Below are positions 48,257 through 58,524 of a DNA stretch of 64,000 bases, one piece after another. A model generated the notes under the pieces. It saw only the letters and a list, made by a program, of their open reading frames with translations. It did not search any database and was not told where the DNA came from. This stretch comes from an uncultured Ignavibacteria bacterium (GTDB lineage Bacteria > Bacteroidota > Ignavibacteria > Ignavibacteriales > Ignavibacteriaceae): NCBI GenBank assembly GCA_963745945.1, contig CAVUZG010000004.1, forward strand, positions 1,526,711-1,590,710. The letters run 5' to 3'. Each line of letters opens with the position of its first letter. Within the stretch, counting starts at the first letter, position 1. The translations under genes and the position numbers were made by a program.

Positions 48257-50696
48257 TCAGATAAATTTTATTTCACTTACATCTTTCACAGATTCGTTAG
48301 CAAGCGGAATCCAGACAAGATTAAAATATTTAACGAATATATTTGTCTTCTGGGGTCTGATTTTGATTCTCTCAAACTCTTCAGTTGAAATATCATATTT
48401 CTCACCAAGCCCGTCTATCTCACTTTGCAAAGTCTTTTCCAGTTCATCGTATTGAGCCTTAAGATCTTCAAGTTTTTCCCTGCTTAATGTTACATCCTGT
48501 TTTTCCTTCATTATTTTTGAGGCGGATCTCATTGTACTGCCTGCCCGACTTATTGTTGAAGCACTGAATGATTTTCTGCCCAACAGCGCTCCGAGTATTG
48601 TTGCACCTGCAGAAATAGCGGTTTGTAAAGTCTGTTGGGATGACTGCGCCTGTTCTTTAGCCATCCTGTCTTCGGCTGTTCTAATTTTGTTCTCCAAGCC
48701 GGTCAGCTTTGCCTGGTATTTGTCTTTCAGTTTCTGAACCTGCAAATCCTTGGCTTCCCTTGAAAGCTGATTCAGCCTTATTCTGAAATCCCGCTCCGTT
48801 TCACCCGGTTTTGACTGTTCATTTAATACTGAACTGTTAAAAATCTCCAGCGTGTAATTGTTGTATAGAAAATCTTTGAGGTCCTTCTCCCACGAACTGA
48901 AATTTTTTGAATCTTTAGCAGAATCCGGCAGATCAGCAAACTTTATTCCTTTCGATGCATCATTAGTAAGCTGGTTTAAATCAATTTCCACCTCAAACGA
49001 TGATTCCCAGTTTACAGGAATTGCTTCATCAGAAACAGGCGCTAAAAACATTGACTCCTTATCCAAATCAATTTTAGCTTTTCTATCGGAGAAAAGGATT
49101 TGTGTTTTACCAATAATATAAGGCAGATAGGATGTTTCATCCGGATTTATTTTTTGTGGATTTCTCAGAAGGAAGTTAGGTGAAATATTTTTCGGCAATA
49201 CCGGCATTTGAGTATTTGCAACTGGTATTTTGATTACAGATTTAATTTCTTCTTTAGGATTCTGAGTAACCGTCTCACTATCTGAAGCGACTAATAATTT
49301 TAACTGGCTTTTTGTTAATGGTCCTCTCAGATAAGATAAAGCCCACCGTGTTTGAAAAATCTGAATGTTATCATCGTTCACATTATTCATCAGGAAAACA
49401 CGTTTATCTAAATTGGCAATTATTTCCGAAATCCTTTTCCTGTCAAATGATTTACCGCCCACATCGTTCGCACCTTCAAGTCCGTCAATTAACCTATCAA
49501 TATCTTTTTCAGTCTGCAGTCTTCCTATAAACCAGGTTCCGGCATTAGAAAGGCTTTTATAATCAAGGTCTATCGGGTTTTGTGTTGCGAGAACAAGTCC
49601 TAATCCAAATGCTCTTGCCTGTTTGAGCAAAGTAAGAAAAACTTTTTTAGAGGGAGGAGTTAGCAACGGGCGGAATGTATCCGAATATTTCATCAACATA
49701 TAGCAAAGCACGCAGACTTGTAGTTCCGCTTTGTTTTCTCATCCAGCTTAATAATTGATTTAAAAACAGAGTTGTAAAAAACATTCTTTCCGAATCAGTT
49801 AAATGGGCAGTGTACATTATAGATACTTTGGGTTTGCCAGTTTCAGTAAATAAAAGTTTGTCGATAGATAAAGGTTCTCCGGTTAGCCACGACTGGAAAC
49901 GTAGGTGCAGAAAGAATATTATTGAGAAGCATTGCAAGTTCGAACCTTTCTTTCTGCGGATAGAAAGCATCGATATCGAATACACCGACTTTTTTCATCG
50001 GCGGGATTCTGTACACTTTGTATTAACGAGGCAAGATCAAGATTTTGTTTATTGCTCCAGTAAGTATTGAAATATGTTTGAAATCAGAATATGTTCTCTG
50101 CTTTTAATCGGATCAGTATCAATTCCAAGTAAACCAAGAATGCTTGAAGATGTGGTCGTTGTAATTTTTTCATTTAGCAAGTCAGGATCATCTAATAAGC
50201 TTTCATCCGGCGCATCGAATGAATTTAAAATAGAAATTTGTTTTGCAGCAGAACTTCCGGGTGTGTAAATATTAAATTCCGCTGCAGATTTTAACTTACT
50301 TATTCTGCTTTGGTCCTGTCCCCAATCCTGTAAACCCTTCTTCCATAAATCCGCCTGTGATTTTGCAAACTCAAGTTCAGTCATATTCTTTCTTTCAGCG
50401 TCAGATTTATTTATCCAGGGAAGAAAATCTTCGGGTTTTAATTCCGGAAAGGTTAAAAGCAGATTAGTAATATCACCTTTAGGATCAATAACTAGTGCAG
50501 GGATGTTATCAATTACGGCTTCTTCAAGTAATGAAATACACAAACCAGTTTTACCGCTGCCCGTCATTCCCACGCACACAGCATGAGTTGTCAAATCTTT
50601 AGATTGATAAAGCAGTAAATCTTCGGTTAGAGATTTGGTTTCCGGATTATAATTTTTACCTAAATAAAAAACACCTAATTTTTCAAAATCGATCAT
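48257..50696 (-). pseudogene. HerA/FtsK-superfamily (DUF87-like) P-loop ATPase, disrupted by four +1 frameshifts
   Basis: Walker A is VGMTGSGKTG (ORF 50049..50696). Walker B is [11 protein letters not shown] (ORF 49647..49985). LLKQARAFGLGLVLATQNP.DLDYK.LSN.GTWFIGRLQ lies in ORF 48257..49711. The missing link WSNKQNLDLASLIQSVQNP / [35 protein letters not shown] is readable in the other two frames. The shifts are near 50062, 50002, 49896 and 49660. Confidence 0.8.
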
Positions 50697-50949
50697 AATT
50701 TCTGACTCCCTGACTTAATTTAAAATGAAGCATATGAAATTGTTAGATTAAAATAAGATTTATTTCTTTAATTAATTGTTTCAAATATGGGAATCTCAAA
50801 TAAATTTAAGACTACAATCATTAATCCTAAGCAACACCGCCTGTAAATTATTTAAGGAGTGATAGGATTCAGCTATACAAATATGTTTGTATGCATTACC
50901 ATCAGAAATATGATTGTTAATTCTTAAAGATAATATGGAGCTTTCATAA

Positions 50950-51108
50950 AAAAGGGCAGAAGCTGTTGTGAACGAATTGATTACAAAATATAAAGTTGCA
51001 TCATCAAGTCTTGAGGCACATGGTGTCGGACCTTTATCACCTGTTGCATCAAACGAAACAAAAGTGGGGAAAGAATTGAACAGAAGGGTTGAAATAGTTA
51101 AAAGATGA
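50950..51108 (+). pseudogene. orphan 3' remnant of an OmpA-domain gene
   Basis: It reads KRAEAVVNELITKYKVASSSLEAHGVGPLSPVASNETKVGKELNRRVEIVKR*. This is colinear with the last ~52 codons of the gene at 44904..45788 (roughly three quarters nucleotide identity by eye). It has no start codon, and only AT-rich non-coding sequence lies upstream. Confidence 0.75.
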
Positions 51109-51205
51109 TTCCGGAAGACAAAATATAATTGATAGGAAGGATGCTTAAATATATGATATTAGTGAAAATATTGAGGAAGTTCCATAAGACTCTCAAAAAC
51201 TGAAA

Positions 51206-54157
51206 CTATTCAGACGTGGGTGTCTTATTCAAGATATCTTTATACTTCCGGGCCTTACCTGTTTTCCCCCATTGTTCATAATTTTTTATAAGCAATTTCA
51301 TAGTACTGAGCGTTAATCTGTCATCCTTTCCTCTTTTATCCAGAAGATTGTTATAAGCCTTTAATAATATTTTCTCAGCCTGTCCATATTTACCTTCTCT
51401 AGAATAACATTTTCCTAGAATACTTTCCGCATAAGAAATGTTCCAATGATCAGGTGAAAGATCATGCTTATATATTTCTATTCCTTTTTTGATGTTTTGT
51501 TCAGCTTCGGCAAAATTGCCGGCAGAAATTAACGCATTCCCTAATCCAATGTAAGCATTTGCAGTTTGTGGATGATTTTCTCCAAGCATTTTTATTCGTA
51601 ACGCAAGTGATTTTCTATATTGCTCGACTGCTTTTTTAAACTTTCCCTGGCTGGTGAGCAACCCGGCATAAATATTCAGACTAGTAACAACATCCGGATG
51701 ATTTTCTCCAAGTAATTTGATTCTCATCTCTAATGCTGATTTAATTAGTGGTTCGGCCAGATTATACTTTCCCCACCGATTGTACAATACGCCAAGATTA
51801 CTCAGACTTGTGGCAACTTCCGGGTGCTCTTTCCCGTATATCTTTTTATTAAGATCAAGTGATTTTTTATATAATTCTTCTGCTTTTGAATAATCACCTT
51901 TATCATTAAGTATCCCCGCAAGATTGTTGTAGTCGAGAGCAATATAAGGATGTTTTTCACCTAAAAGTTTTTTATCTAATTCAAGAACTTCTGTGTACAA
52001 TTTTTCTGCAGATTGTAAATCTCCCATTAAAGCTGTGTTGGAAGCAATATTGTATAAGTCCGTGGATATTGTTGGATGAATATCACCAAATAATTTCTTA
52101 TCAATCTTTAAAGACTTATTAAACAAAGTTGAAGCTTCATCATATTTTCCCATTTTTTGTAAGAGCATTGCAAGGTTACTTATGGTTTCTGTTACTGAGG
52201 GATGGATTTTACCGTAAAGATTTTCTTTTATTAAAAGAGATTCTTCAAATAATTTTTTAGCTTCATCATATTTTCCTTTATCCTGGTAAAGGAGTGCAAG
52301 ATTGTTCATTGATTCAGAAACCTCCGGTCCTTTATCTGATGAGCGTTTTTTTCTGATTGCTAAAGATCGAATAAGTAATTTTTCAGCTTCATCATATTTC
52401 CCCTGTTCCCTGAGAACCATCGCCAGATCGTTCAAACTTTCAGCGGTTTCCATACTTTCTTCGCCAAAAATACGTTCTCTAGTCTTAACAATTTTATTAA
52501 ACCTGCTTATCGCCTGATCATAATCTCCCATAGCAAAATTTAAATTTGCAAGATCATTCAGACTTTTTGCCGTCTCTGGACTGGTAAGCCCGAACAGGGA
52601 ATCATTAATATCATAAGCTTTGTTTAACAATACTAAAGCATTTTTATATAATCCCAGACTTTTATAAACATTACCGGTAACATCTAGCATATTCGCCAGC
52701 ACCTCAGGTTGATCTGAAAGTTCACTCTCAAAACTTTTTACCCCTTTATCCAATAATTCCCTTGCCGTGATAGTTTCTCCCCTGGACTGATCGGGATCTG
52801 AAACTTTAAATATACCGGCTAGAAACTCAGATACTTTTTTTGATTTTTCGGCTTCAACCTGAGCCCTGTCTCTTTCTTCTGCAAGCTTGAGTGTATAAAA
52901 GATTGTAACCAGTGCGATTATTAAAAAAGCAACTGAAGTGATTACAACGCCCGCTTTGTGTCTTTGAATAAATTTTTTAGCAAGATATAATGCGGTGCTT
53001 TTTCGTGCAGTAATTGGTTGTCCGGAAAGATGATTGTTAATATCATTTATCATTTGAGCAACGGAATTATATCTGCGTTCCGGTTCTTTACGAAGAGCCA
53101 TTAAACAAATATTATCGAGGTCTCCGGAAATTCGTTTCCGCAATTTTGACTGTGAAATTCCCCGGTTCTGACTGATAACAACAGGAGACAACTTTTTTGC
53201 CCTGTCAACATTTAAAGTTGAAAATTTAGTTATCATAATACTGGGTTTGGGCGGCTCGGTAAAACAAATTATTTTTTCCATCTCTATCGCAGAATTGGTA
53301 TGAACTTCGTAAGGAGGACAACCTGTAAGTAATTGATAAAGAATCAATCCTAATGAATAAATATCGGTAGCAGTGTTTACAGGTTCTCCCCTAACCTGTT
53401 CCGGCGAGGCATATTCCGGCGTCATAACTCTTATACCGGTAAGAGTTAAATTTTTTTGATTTGCATCCTCTTCAAATACTTTTGCTATTCCAAAATCCAG
53501 CAGCTTTACATTGCCGTCTTTCTGAACAAGAATATTACTCGGTTTTATATCCCTGTGAATAACGAGATTCTGATGAGCATATAAAATCGCATCACACACT
53601 TTTAAAAAGAGTTCAAGTCTTTTTTCAATTGTCAGGTTATTTTCATCACAGAACTCGGTGATAGGTTTACCATCAACATATTCCATTGTAAAATAAGGCA
53701 GACCCAATTCTGAAATTCCACCATCCAGCAGTTTTGCTATGTTAGGATGTTGAAGCCTGGCTAATATTTGTCTTTCCCCTTCAAACCGGGTTATGATTTC
53801 CTGTGAGTTCATCCCGGGTTTTATAATTTTAAGAGCGACCTTTTGTTCAAATAATCCGTCAACTCTTTCAGCAAGATAAACAGAACCCATTCCACCTGAA
53901 CCGATTTGTTCTGTTGCAAGATAATTACCAAAAGTTTTCCCCTCCAGTGTTGCATCATCAGCAGCAATGTAGTCCGAAGCAGAACCTGAAAAAATACTGT
54001 GCTCATCTTCATCAGCTTTTAACAAAGAAATCACTTCATCGAAAAGATCCTGATCATTTGCACATTCCTTTTTTAAATAAATTTCTCTTTCAGAATGATT
54101 AAGTTCAAGAGCTTTGGCAAATAATGACTGAACTTTTTCCCAACTCTCCGGGCTCAT
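51206..54157 (-). CDS. Ser/Thr protein kinase with TM segment and C-terminal TPR array
   Basis: Kinase motifs GSGGMGSVY, VALK, HRDIKPSNIL, DFGIAK and TPEYASPE. One TM segment (VVITSVAFLIIALVTIFY). At least 10 TPR_12-like repeats follow. Confidence 0.9.
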   Translation of the reverse strand: MSPESWEKVQSLFAKALELNHSEREIYLKKECANDQDLFDEVISLLKADEDEHSIFSGSASDYIAADDATLEGKTFGNYLATEQIGSGGMGSVYLAERVDGLFEQKVALKIIKPGMNSQEIITRFEGERQILARLQHPNIAKLLDGGISELGLPYFTMEYVDGKPITEFCDENNLTIEKRLELFLKVCDAILYAHQNLVIHRDIKPSNILVQKDGNVKLLDFGIAKVFEEDANQKNLTLTGIRVMTPEYASPEQVRGEPVNTATDIYSLGLILYQLLTGCPPYEVHTNSAIEMEKIICFTEPPKPSIMITKFSTLNVDRAKKLSPVVISQNRGISQSKLRKRISGDLDNICLMALRKEPERRYNSVAQMINDINNHLSGQPITARKSTALYLAKKFIQRHKAGVVITSVAFLIIALVTIFYTLKLAEERDRAQVEAEKSKKVSEFLAGIFKVSDPDQSRGETITARELLDKGVKSFESELSDQPEVLANMLDVTGNVYKSLGLYKNALVLLNKAYDINDSLFGLTSPETAKSLNDLANLNFAMGDYDQAISRFNKIVKTRERIFGEESMETAESLNDLAMVLREQGKYDEAEKLLIRSLAIRKKRSSDKGPEVSESMNNLALLYQDKGKYDEAKKLFEESLLIKENLYGKIHPSVTETISNLAMLLQKMGKYDEASTLFNKSLKIDKKLFGDIHPTISTDLYNIASNTALMGDLQSAEKLYTEVLELDKKLLGEKHPYIALDYNNLAGILNDKGDYSKAEELYKKSLDLNKKIYGKEHPEVATSLSNLGVLYNRWGKYNLAEPLIKSALEMRIKLLGENHPDVVTSLNIYAGLLTSQGKFKKAVEQYRKSLALRIKMLGENHPQTANAYIGLGNALISAGNFAEAEQNIKKGIEIYKHDLSPDHWNISYAESILGKCYSREGKYGQAEKILLKAYNNLLDKRGKDDRLTLSTMKLLIKNYEQWGKTGKARKYKDILNKTPTSE

Positions 54158-54193
54158 TAATTTCCTTTTTGAAATTTTGAATTGTTCTAAAGT

Positions 54194-54763
54194 TTAAAGT
54201 GTTTGATTTAGTTCACGGCTGAGCCAGGCTTTTGCCAGCCGAAAATCCCTGCGCACTGTTGGCAATGAAACTTTTAATATTTCCGCAATTTCTTCGTGAT
54301 TCAAACCAACAAAGAACCAGTATTCAATAATTTTAGATTGCCTTTCACTAATTGCTTCAAGTTTTTTAAGAGCTTCGTCAAGGGCAATTATTTCTTCAGG
54401 TTTTGATTCCCGTTTTACCTTATCATCAACAAAAGTAACAAGAATCTGGTTTCCACCCCTTTTTTGGGCAATTCGTGCGTTAGCATAATTTATCAATATT
54501 CTTCTCATTGCCTGAGATGCTATTCCAAAAAAATGTGCCCGGCTCTGCCAGCTGATTTTATCCTGACCAACCATTTTCATATAGGCTTCATGTACAAGTG
54601 CCGTCGCATTTAGTGTGTGGTTTCTTCTTTCCCCTCTTAAATGCATATGTGCAAGCTGATGCATTTCCTTATAAACCAGCGGCATCAGTTTATCAACGAC
54701 CTCACGATTTCCATTGCCAAGCTCTCCTAAGAGCTGAGTAATATTTTCACCGGGCTGATTCAT
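54194..54763 (-). CDS. ECF-type sigma factor (kinase-associated subgroup)
   Basis: 189-aa ORF. ITQLL.....GN.....LMPLVY.E...LA...L..ER..HTL..TALVHEAY..L is typical of the ECF group found next to Ser/Thr kinases. The region 4 HTH is GLNHEEIAEILKVSLPTVRRDFRLAKAWL. Confidence 0.8.
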   Translation of the reverse strand: MNQPGENITQLLGELGNGNREVVDKLMPLVYKEMHQLAHMHLRGERRNHTLNATALVHEAYMKMVGQDKISWQSRAHFFGIASQAMRRILINYANARIAQKRGGNQILVTFVDDKVKRESKPEEIIALDEALKKLEAISERQSKIIEYWFFVGLNHEEIAEILKVSLPTVRRDFRLAKAWLSRELNQTL

Positions 54764-55232
54764 ATCTTAAATACTTGGTTAACAATCATAAATCGAACAA
54801 TTCCGGGATATAATAATTTATTGCAATAAAACGTTATCACTTTTCGAATTATTTCTTGAATCTAATATCAGAATGTAAAAACATTCAGGAAATAACAATT
54901 GATAAACTTCATTAAGAAACAAAGTAGTAAATAGAAATAATTATTACAAACAATAAATTAAGCCAAACAAGTAAAAAATGAACAGAATGAGACATAAACA
55001 AAGGAACTGTTAATTGTATGAGTACTGCTAAAGGTAGAGATAAATATTGCAGCTTGAAGTCAAAACAACAGCCCAACCTTGCCAGATCCGGCTATAAATA
55101 ATTCAAACCTTCCCTGGTTAACCAATACTTAACGTAATTTTTTTACTCCTTCCTGTTATAAATCCTAAATAAAAATTATGATGTTGAACTTTTCTTATTT
55201 TAGAGTTGTTGTTGATTGAAAATAATGAAGAA

Positions 55233-57518
55233 ATGATGAGAAAATTTATAAATATTTTATCGATGTTAATTTTAATCCCTGCATTCATTTCAGCCCAGGA
55301 TGAAAAAGGGTCAATATATGGTAAAGTAACTGATGCTGTAAGCAATCAGCCGTTGATCGGGGTTAATATAATTCTGGAAGGGACAAACTTTGGTGCAGCA
55401 ACTGATCTTAATGGCAGGTACGAAATAAATGATGTTCCTACCCGAACCTACCGGATAAAAGCTTCGATAATTGGTTATTCATCTAAAACAAAAACTGATA
55501 TTTTTGTGCGTTCATCGAAACCGGTGGAGGTTGATTTTAATCTCGCTGAAGAAGTAATTAAACTTCAGGATGTAACCGTTAGATCAGAATATTTTTCAAA
55601 AGCACCAACAGAAGTAAACAGCGTAAGAAGTCTGAGTTATGAGGAGATAAGAAGATCGCCGGGGGGATTTGAGGATGTTATAAGAGCTTTGTCTATACTG
55701 CCGGGAGTTGCACAGGCAGATCCGGGCAGAAATGATCTTGTAGTGCGTGGTGGTGCGCCTTCAGAAAATCTGTACATTGTTGATGGAATAGAAATACCGA
55801 ATATAAACCACTTTGGCACACAGGGCGCAGCCGGTGGTCCTTTAAGCTATATCAATCTTGATTTCGTAAAAGAAACGACCTTTTCAACAGGAGGATTTTC
55901 TGCGGAATATGGTGACAAACTTTCTTCAGTGTTGAAAATAAATTTAAGAAAAGGAAGGGAAGACAGGTTAGGCGGAAAAGCAACTATATCAGCATCAATG
56001 TTCGGTTTAAACCTTGAAGGACCAATAAGTAAAAATAGTAATTTTATTTTCTCTGCCAGGAGAAGTTATCTTGACTTTATTTTCAAAGCTGCGGGATTCG
56101 GATTCGTTCCTGAGTATTATGATGTAATTTCAAAAGCGGATTTCAAACTGGATAATTCAAACAGTATTTCATTCCTTTTCCTGGGAGCCTTCGATAATGT
56201 AAAATATTTTAATCAGACGGCAGATCAGAGATTTGATAATTCAAGAATTCTTGGGAGTGATCAGAAACAATATGCCACGGGAATAAGTTATCAGCACCTT
56301 ATACAAAATGGATTTTTTAATATTGTTCTCAGCAGAACTTTTGTTGATTACAACACTTTGCAGAGAGATAGTCTTCTGAATCCAATCTTTAAAAATATTT
56401 CGCGTGAACAGGAAAATTCACTCAAAGCCGACCTGGTTTATAAATTTTCATCTTCGACAGAAATTTCTGCAGGACTTGAGGGAAAACTTGCAAAGTTTGA
56501 GGCTGATGTTTTAATTCCTGATTTTGTTACTTCATTCGGAGATACGCTTCCAATAAATTCACTTAATACAAATGACTATTACTCAAAGGCATCTGCTTAC
56601 ATCAATCTGAATAATATTTTCTTTAACAGGTTGAAAACCAACTTAGGCTTAAGGCTGGATTATTTTAACCCTCTTGAGAAGAAATTTTACTTCGGACCCA
56701 GGATTTCTGCATCTTACGTTTTAACTGACCTGACATCAATTAATGCAAGTTCAGGAATTTATTATCAATCACCATCATATATCTGGCTGGCAGTAAATGA
56801 AAATAAAAATAACTTAAAAAATATCCGCGCAAATCATTTGATACTGGGAATTGATCATCTCCTGAGAGAAGATGCATTAATTAAATTGGAGGGATTTTAT
56901 AAATGGTATTATGATTATCCAACCAGTTTAATAAGACCATATCTAATATTAGCAAATACAGGTGCAGGATTTTCAGGCTCGGATAATAATTTTTCATCAT
57001 TCGGATTGGAACCATTGACTGATAAAGGTAAAGGTGTCAGCAGAGGTATTGAACTTTCCGTTCAGAAAAAATTATCTGATCTGCAATTCTATGGAATCTT
57101 CAGTTTAACTTACAGTGAAACAAGGTTTACCCCTCTCGATGGAATCACACGTCCGGGAGTTTATGATCAGAAATGGATTTTGAACTTAAGCGGCGGATAT
57201 AAATTTAATGAGAAGTGGGAAGCAAGCATGAAATTCCGTTTCGCTTCCGGAAGTCCTTATACACCTTTTGAGATTGACGGAATGCAGCTGGTTTCAAGGT
57301 ATTTAAGTGATTATTATTCACCATTGCACAGTCTTGATATTAGAGTTGACAGAAGATGGTACTTCAGCAGTTTAACATTGATTACTTATATAGATATTCA
57401 GAATATTTATAATAACAAAAGTAGTAATTCTATCCGTTGGAACCCCAGAACCCAAAAAGCGCAAAAAGGTGAATCAATAGGAATTCTTCCCTCAATCGGC
57501 GTGAGCCTGGAATTTTAA
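55233..57518 (+). CDS. TonB-dependent receptor with N-terminal carboxypeptidase-regulatory-like domain
   Basis: Signal peptide, then GKVTDAVSNQPLIGVNIILEGTNFGAATDLNGRYEI (CarbopepD_reg). A plug region follows (VRGG...N.Y.VDGI), and the beta-barrel ends in ..GVSLEF. The ATG at 55233 is preferred over the TTG at 55206. Confidence 0.8.
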   Translation: MMRKFINILSMLILIPAFISAQDEKGSIYGKVTDAVSNQPLIGVNIILEGTNFGAATDLNGRYEINDVPTRTYRIKASIIGYSSKTKTDIFVRSSKPVEVDFNLAEEVIKLQDVTVRSEYFSKAPTEVNSVRSLSYEEIRRSPGGFEDVIRALSILPGVAQADPGRNDLVVRGGAPSENLYIVDGIEIPNINHFGTQGAAGGPLSYINLDFVKETTFSTGGFSAEYGDKLSSVLKINLRKGREDRLGGKATISASMFGLNLEGPISKNSNFIFSARRSYLDFIFKAAGFGFVPEYYDVISKADFKLDNSNSISFLFLGAFDNVKYFNQTADQRFDNSRILGSDQKQYATGISYQHLIQNGFFNIVLSRTFVDYNTLQRDSLLNPIFKNISREQENSLKADLVYKFSSSTEISAGLEGKLAKFEADVLIPDFVTSFGDTLPINSLNTNDYYSKASAYINLNNIFFNRLKTNLGLRLDYFNPLEKKFYFGPRISASYVLTDLTSINASSGIYYQSPSYIWLAVNENKNNLKNIRANHLILGIDHLLREDALIKLEGFYKWYYDYPTSLIRPYLILANTGAGFSGSDNNFSSFGLEPLTDKGKGVSRGIELSVQKKLSDLQFYGIFSLTYSETRFTPLDGITRPGVYDQKWILNLSGGYKFNEKWEASMKFRFASGSPYTPFEIDGMQLVSRYLSDYYSPLHSLDIRVDRRWYFSSLTLITYIDIQNIYNNKSSNSIRWNPRTQKAQKGESIGILPSIGVSLEF

Positions 57519-57537
57519 ACTCAACAAAGAAATGTAG

Positions 57538-57572
57538 AAGGCTGCTTAAAAAAATGATTCCCAAGCAGCCTT
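57538..57572. terminator. bidirectional hairpin between convergent genes
   Basis: aaggctgctt-(15 nt)-aagcagcctt, a 10-bp stem located between the stops at 57518 (+) and 57588 (-). Confidence 0.6.
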
Positions 57573-57587
57573 AATATTAAGTATTTC

Positions 57588-58373
57588 TTATTCACTTTTT
57601 GTGTAACTGAGATCGGGCCTTGAGTGACCGTTTTTATGTTCAAAGTGAACAAGCAAAGGTATCATCTGGTGCCATAAATCTTCCCCCTCTTTTCCCAGCG
57701 CTGCATTGTCTTTATCCATCTGCTGATAAAAGGATACTGCATCTTTCGCAATCGAAGTAATTACTATCAGGTTGTCATTCTCACCCATGTCGGCCAGCCA
57801 TACTGCATAAGGAGTGGGGATTTTTTTATCCTCATTCAGCTTTTTGTATTTAGCGCCCAGATCCAACATATCTTTCATTTTACCGGCTTTTACGGTGTAG
57901 TAATCCCAGTGAATAAAATTTTCTTTGCTCAAATCGAGTGAAGGTTTTTGTGCCGGATCATAAGAAAGTGAATTTGAGCGTTTGAACACCAGTTCACGGA
58001 CCGATTCAATTGATTCGGCGTTTTCCTTCATAAGCTTATTCATCTTATCTTTGTCTGCTTTGGACATCATATCATTAAAAGCGGAAGACATTTTATCGAT
58101 GTCTGCATAGTTTTTAAGAGGTACGAGGTAATAAAAATGCAGATCATCGGTCTGGGAAGCACGAATAAAAGGAACGTCCAGCTTTGAATCCATCATCATC
58201 TGGGTGAAATCCTTTGATGTGCTGTTATACTGATCGATCTTATCGATCTTAGCTACTTCTTCGTGTATGTAAAAAAGCTGATCTTTCGGTTCATCCTGCG
58301 AAAAAATTATGGTTGTAAAAAGAAGAAGAGAAAATAGCAGAAGAACCGGACGGGAATTGTATAATGACAACAT
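57588..58373 (-). CDS. secreted hypothetical protein
   Basis: 261-aa ORF with a signal peptide. No family recognised. Confidence 0.45.
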   Translation of the reverse strand: MLSLYNSRPVLLLFSLLLFTTIIFSQDEPKDQLFYIHEEVAKIDKIDQYNSTSKDFTQMMMDSKLDVPFIRASQTDDLHFYYLVPLKNYADIDKMSSAFNDMMSKADKDKMNKLMKENAESIESVRELVFKRSNSLSYDPAQKPSLDLSKENFIHWDYYTVKAGKMKDMLDLGAKYKKLNEDKKIPTPYAVWLADMGENDNLIVITSIAKDAVSFYQQMDKDNAALGKEGEDLWHQMIPLLVHFEHKNGHSRPDLSYTKSE

Positions 58374-58524
58374 ACAAACCTCCTCGGGGTTTAATTTTGA
58401 AAATAGTTTTTTTGGTTATAAGCTCAACTGAACTTACATTGCAGAGAGGAGAGAGTCAATAAGATTCTTTAAAACAATAATTATTTCTAATAAATAATTT
58501 ACTGTAAATATCTGTTGTCGGTTA

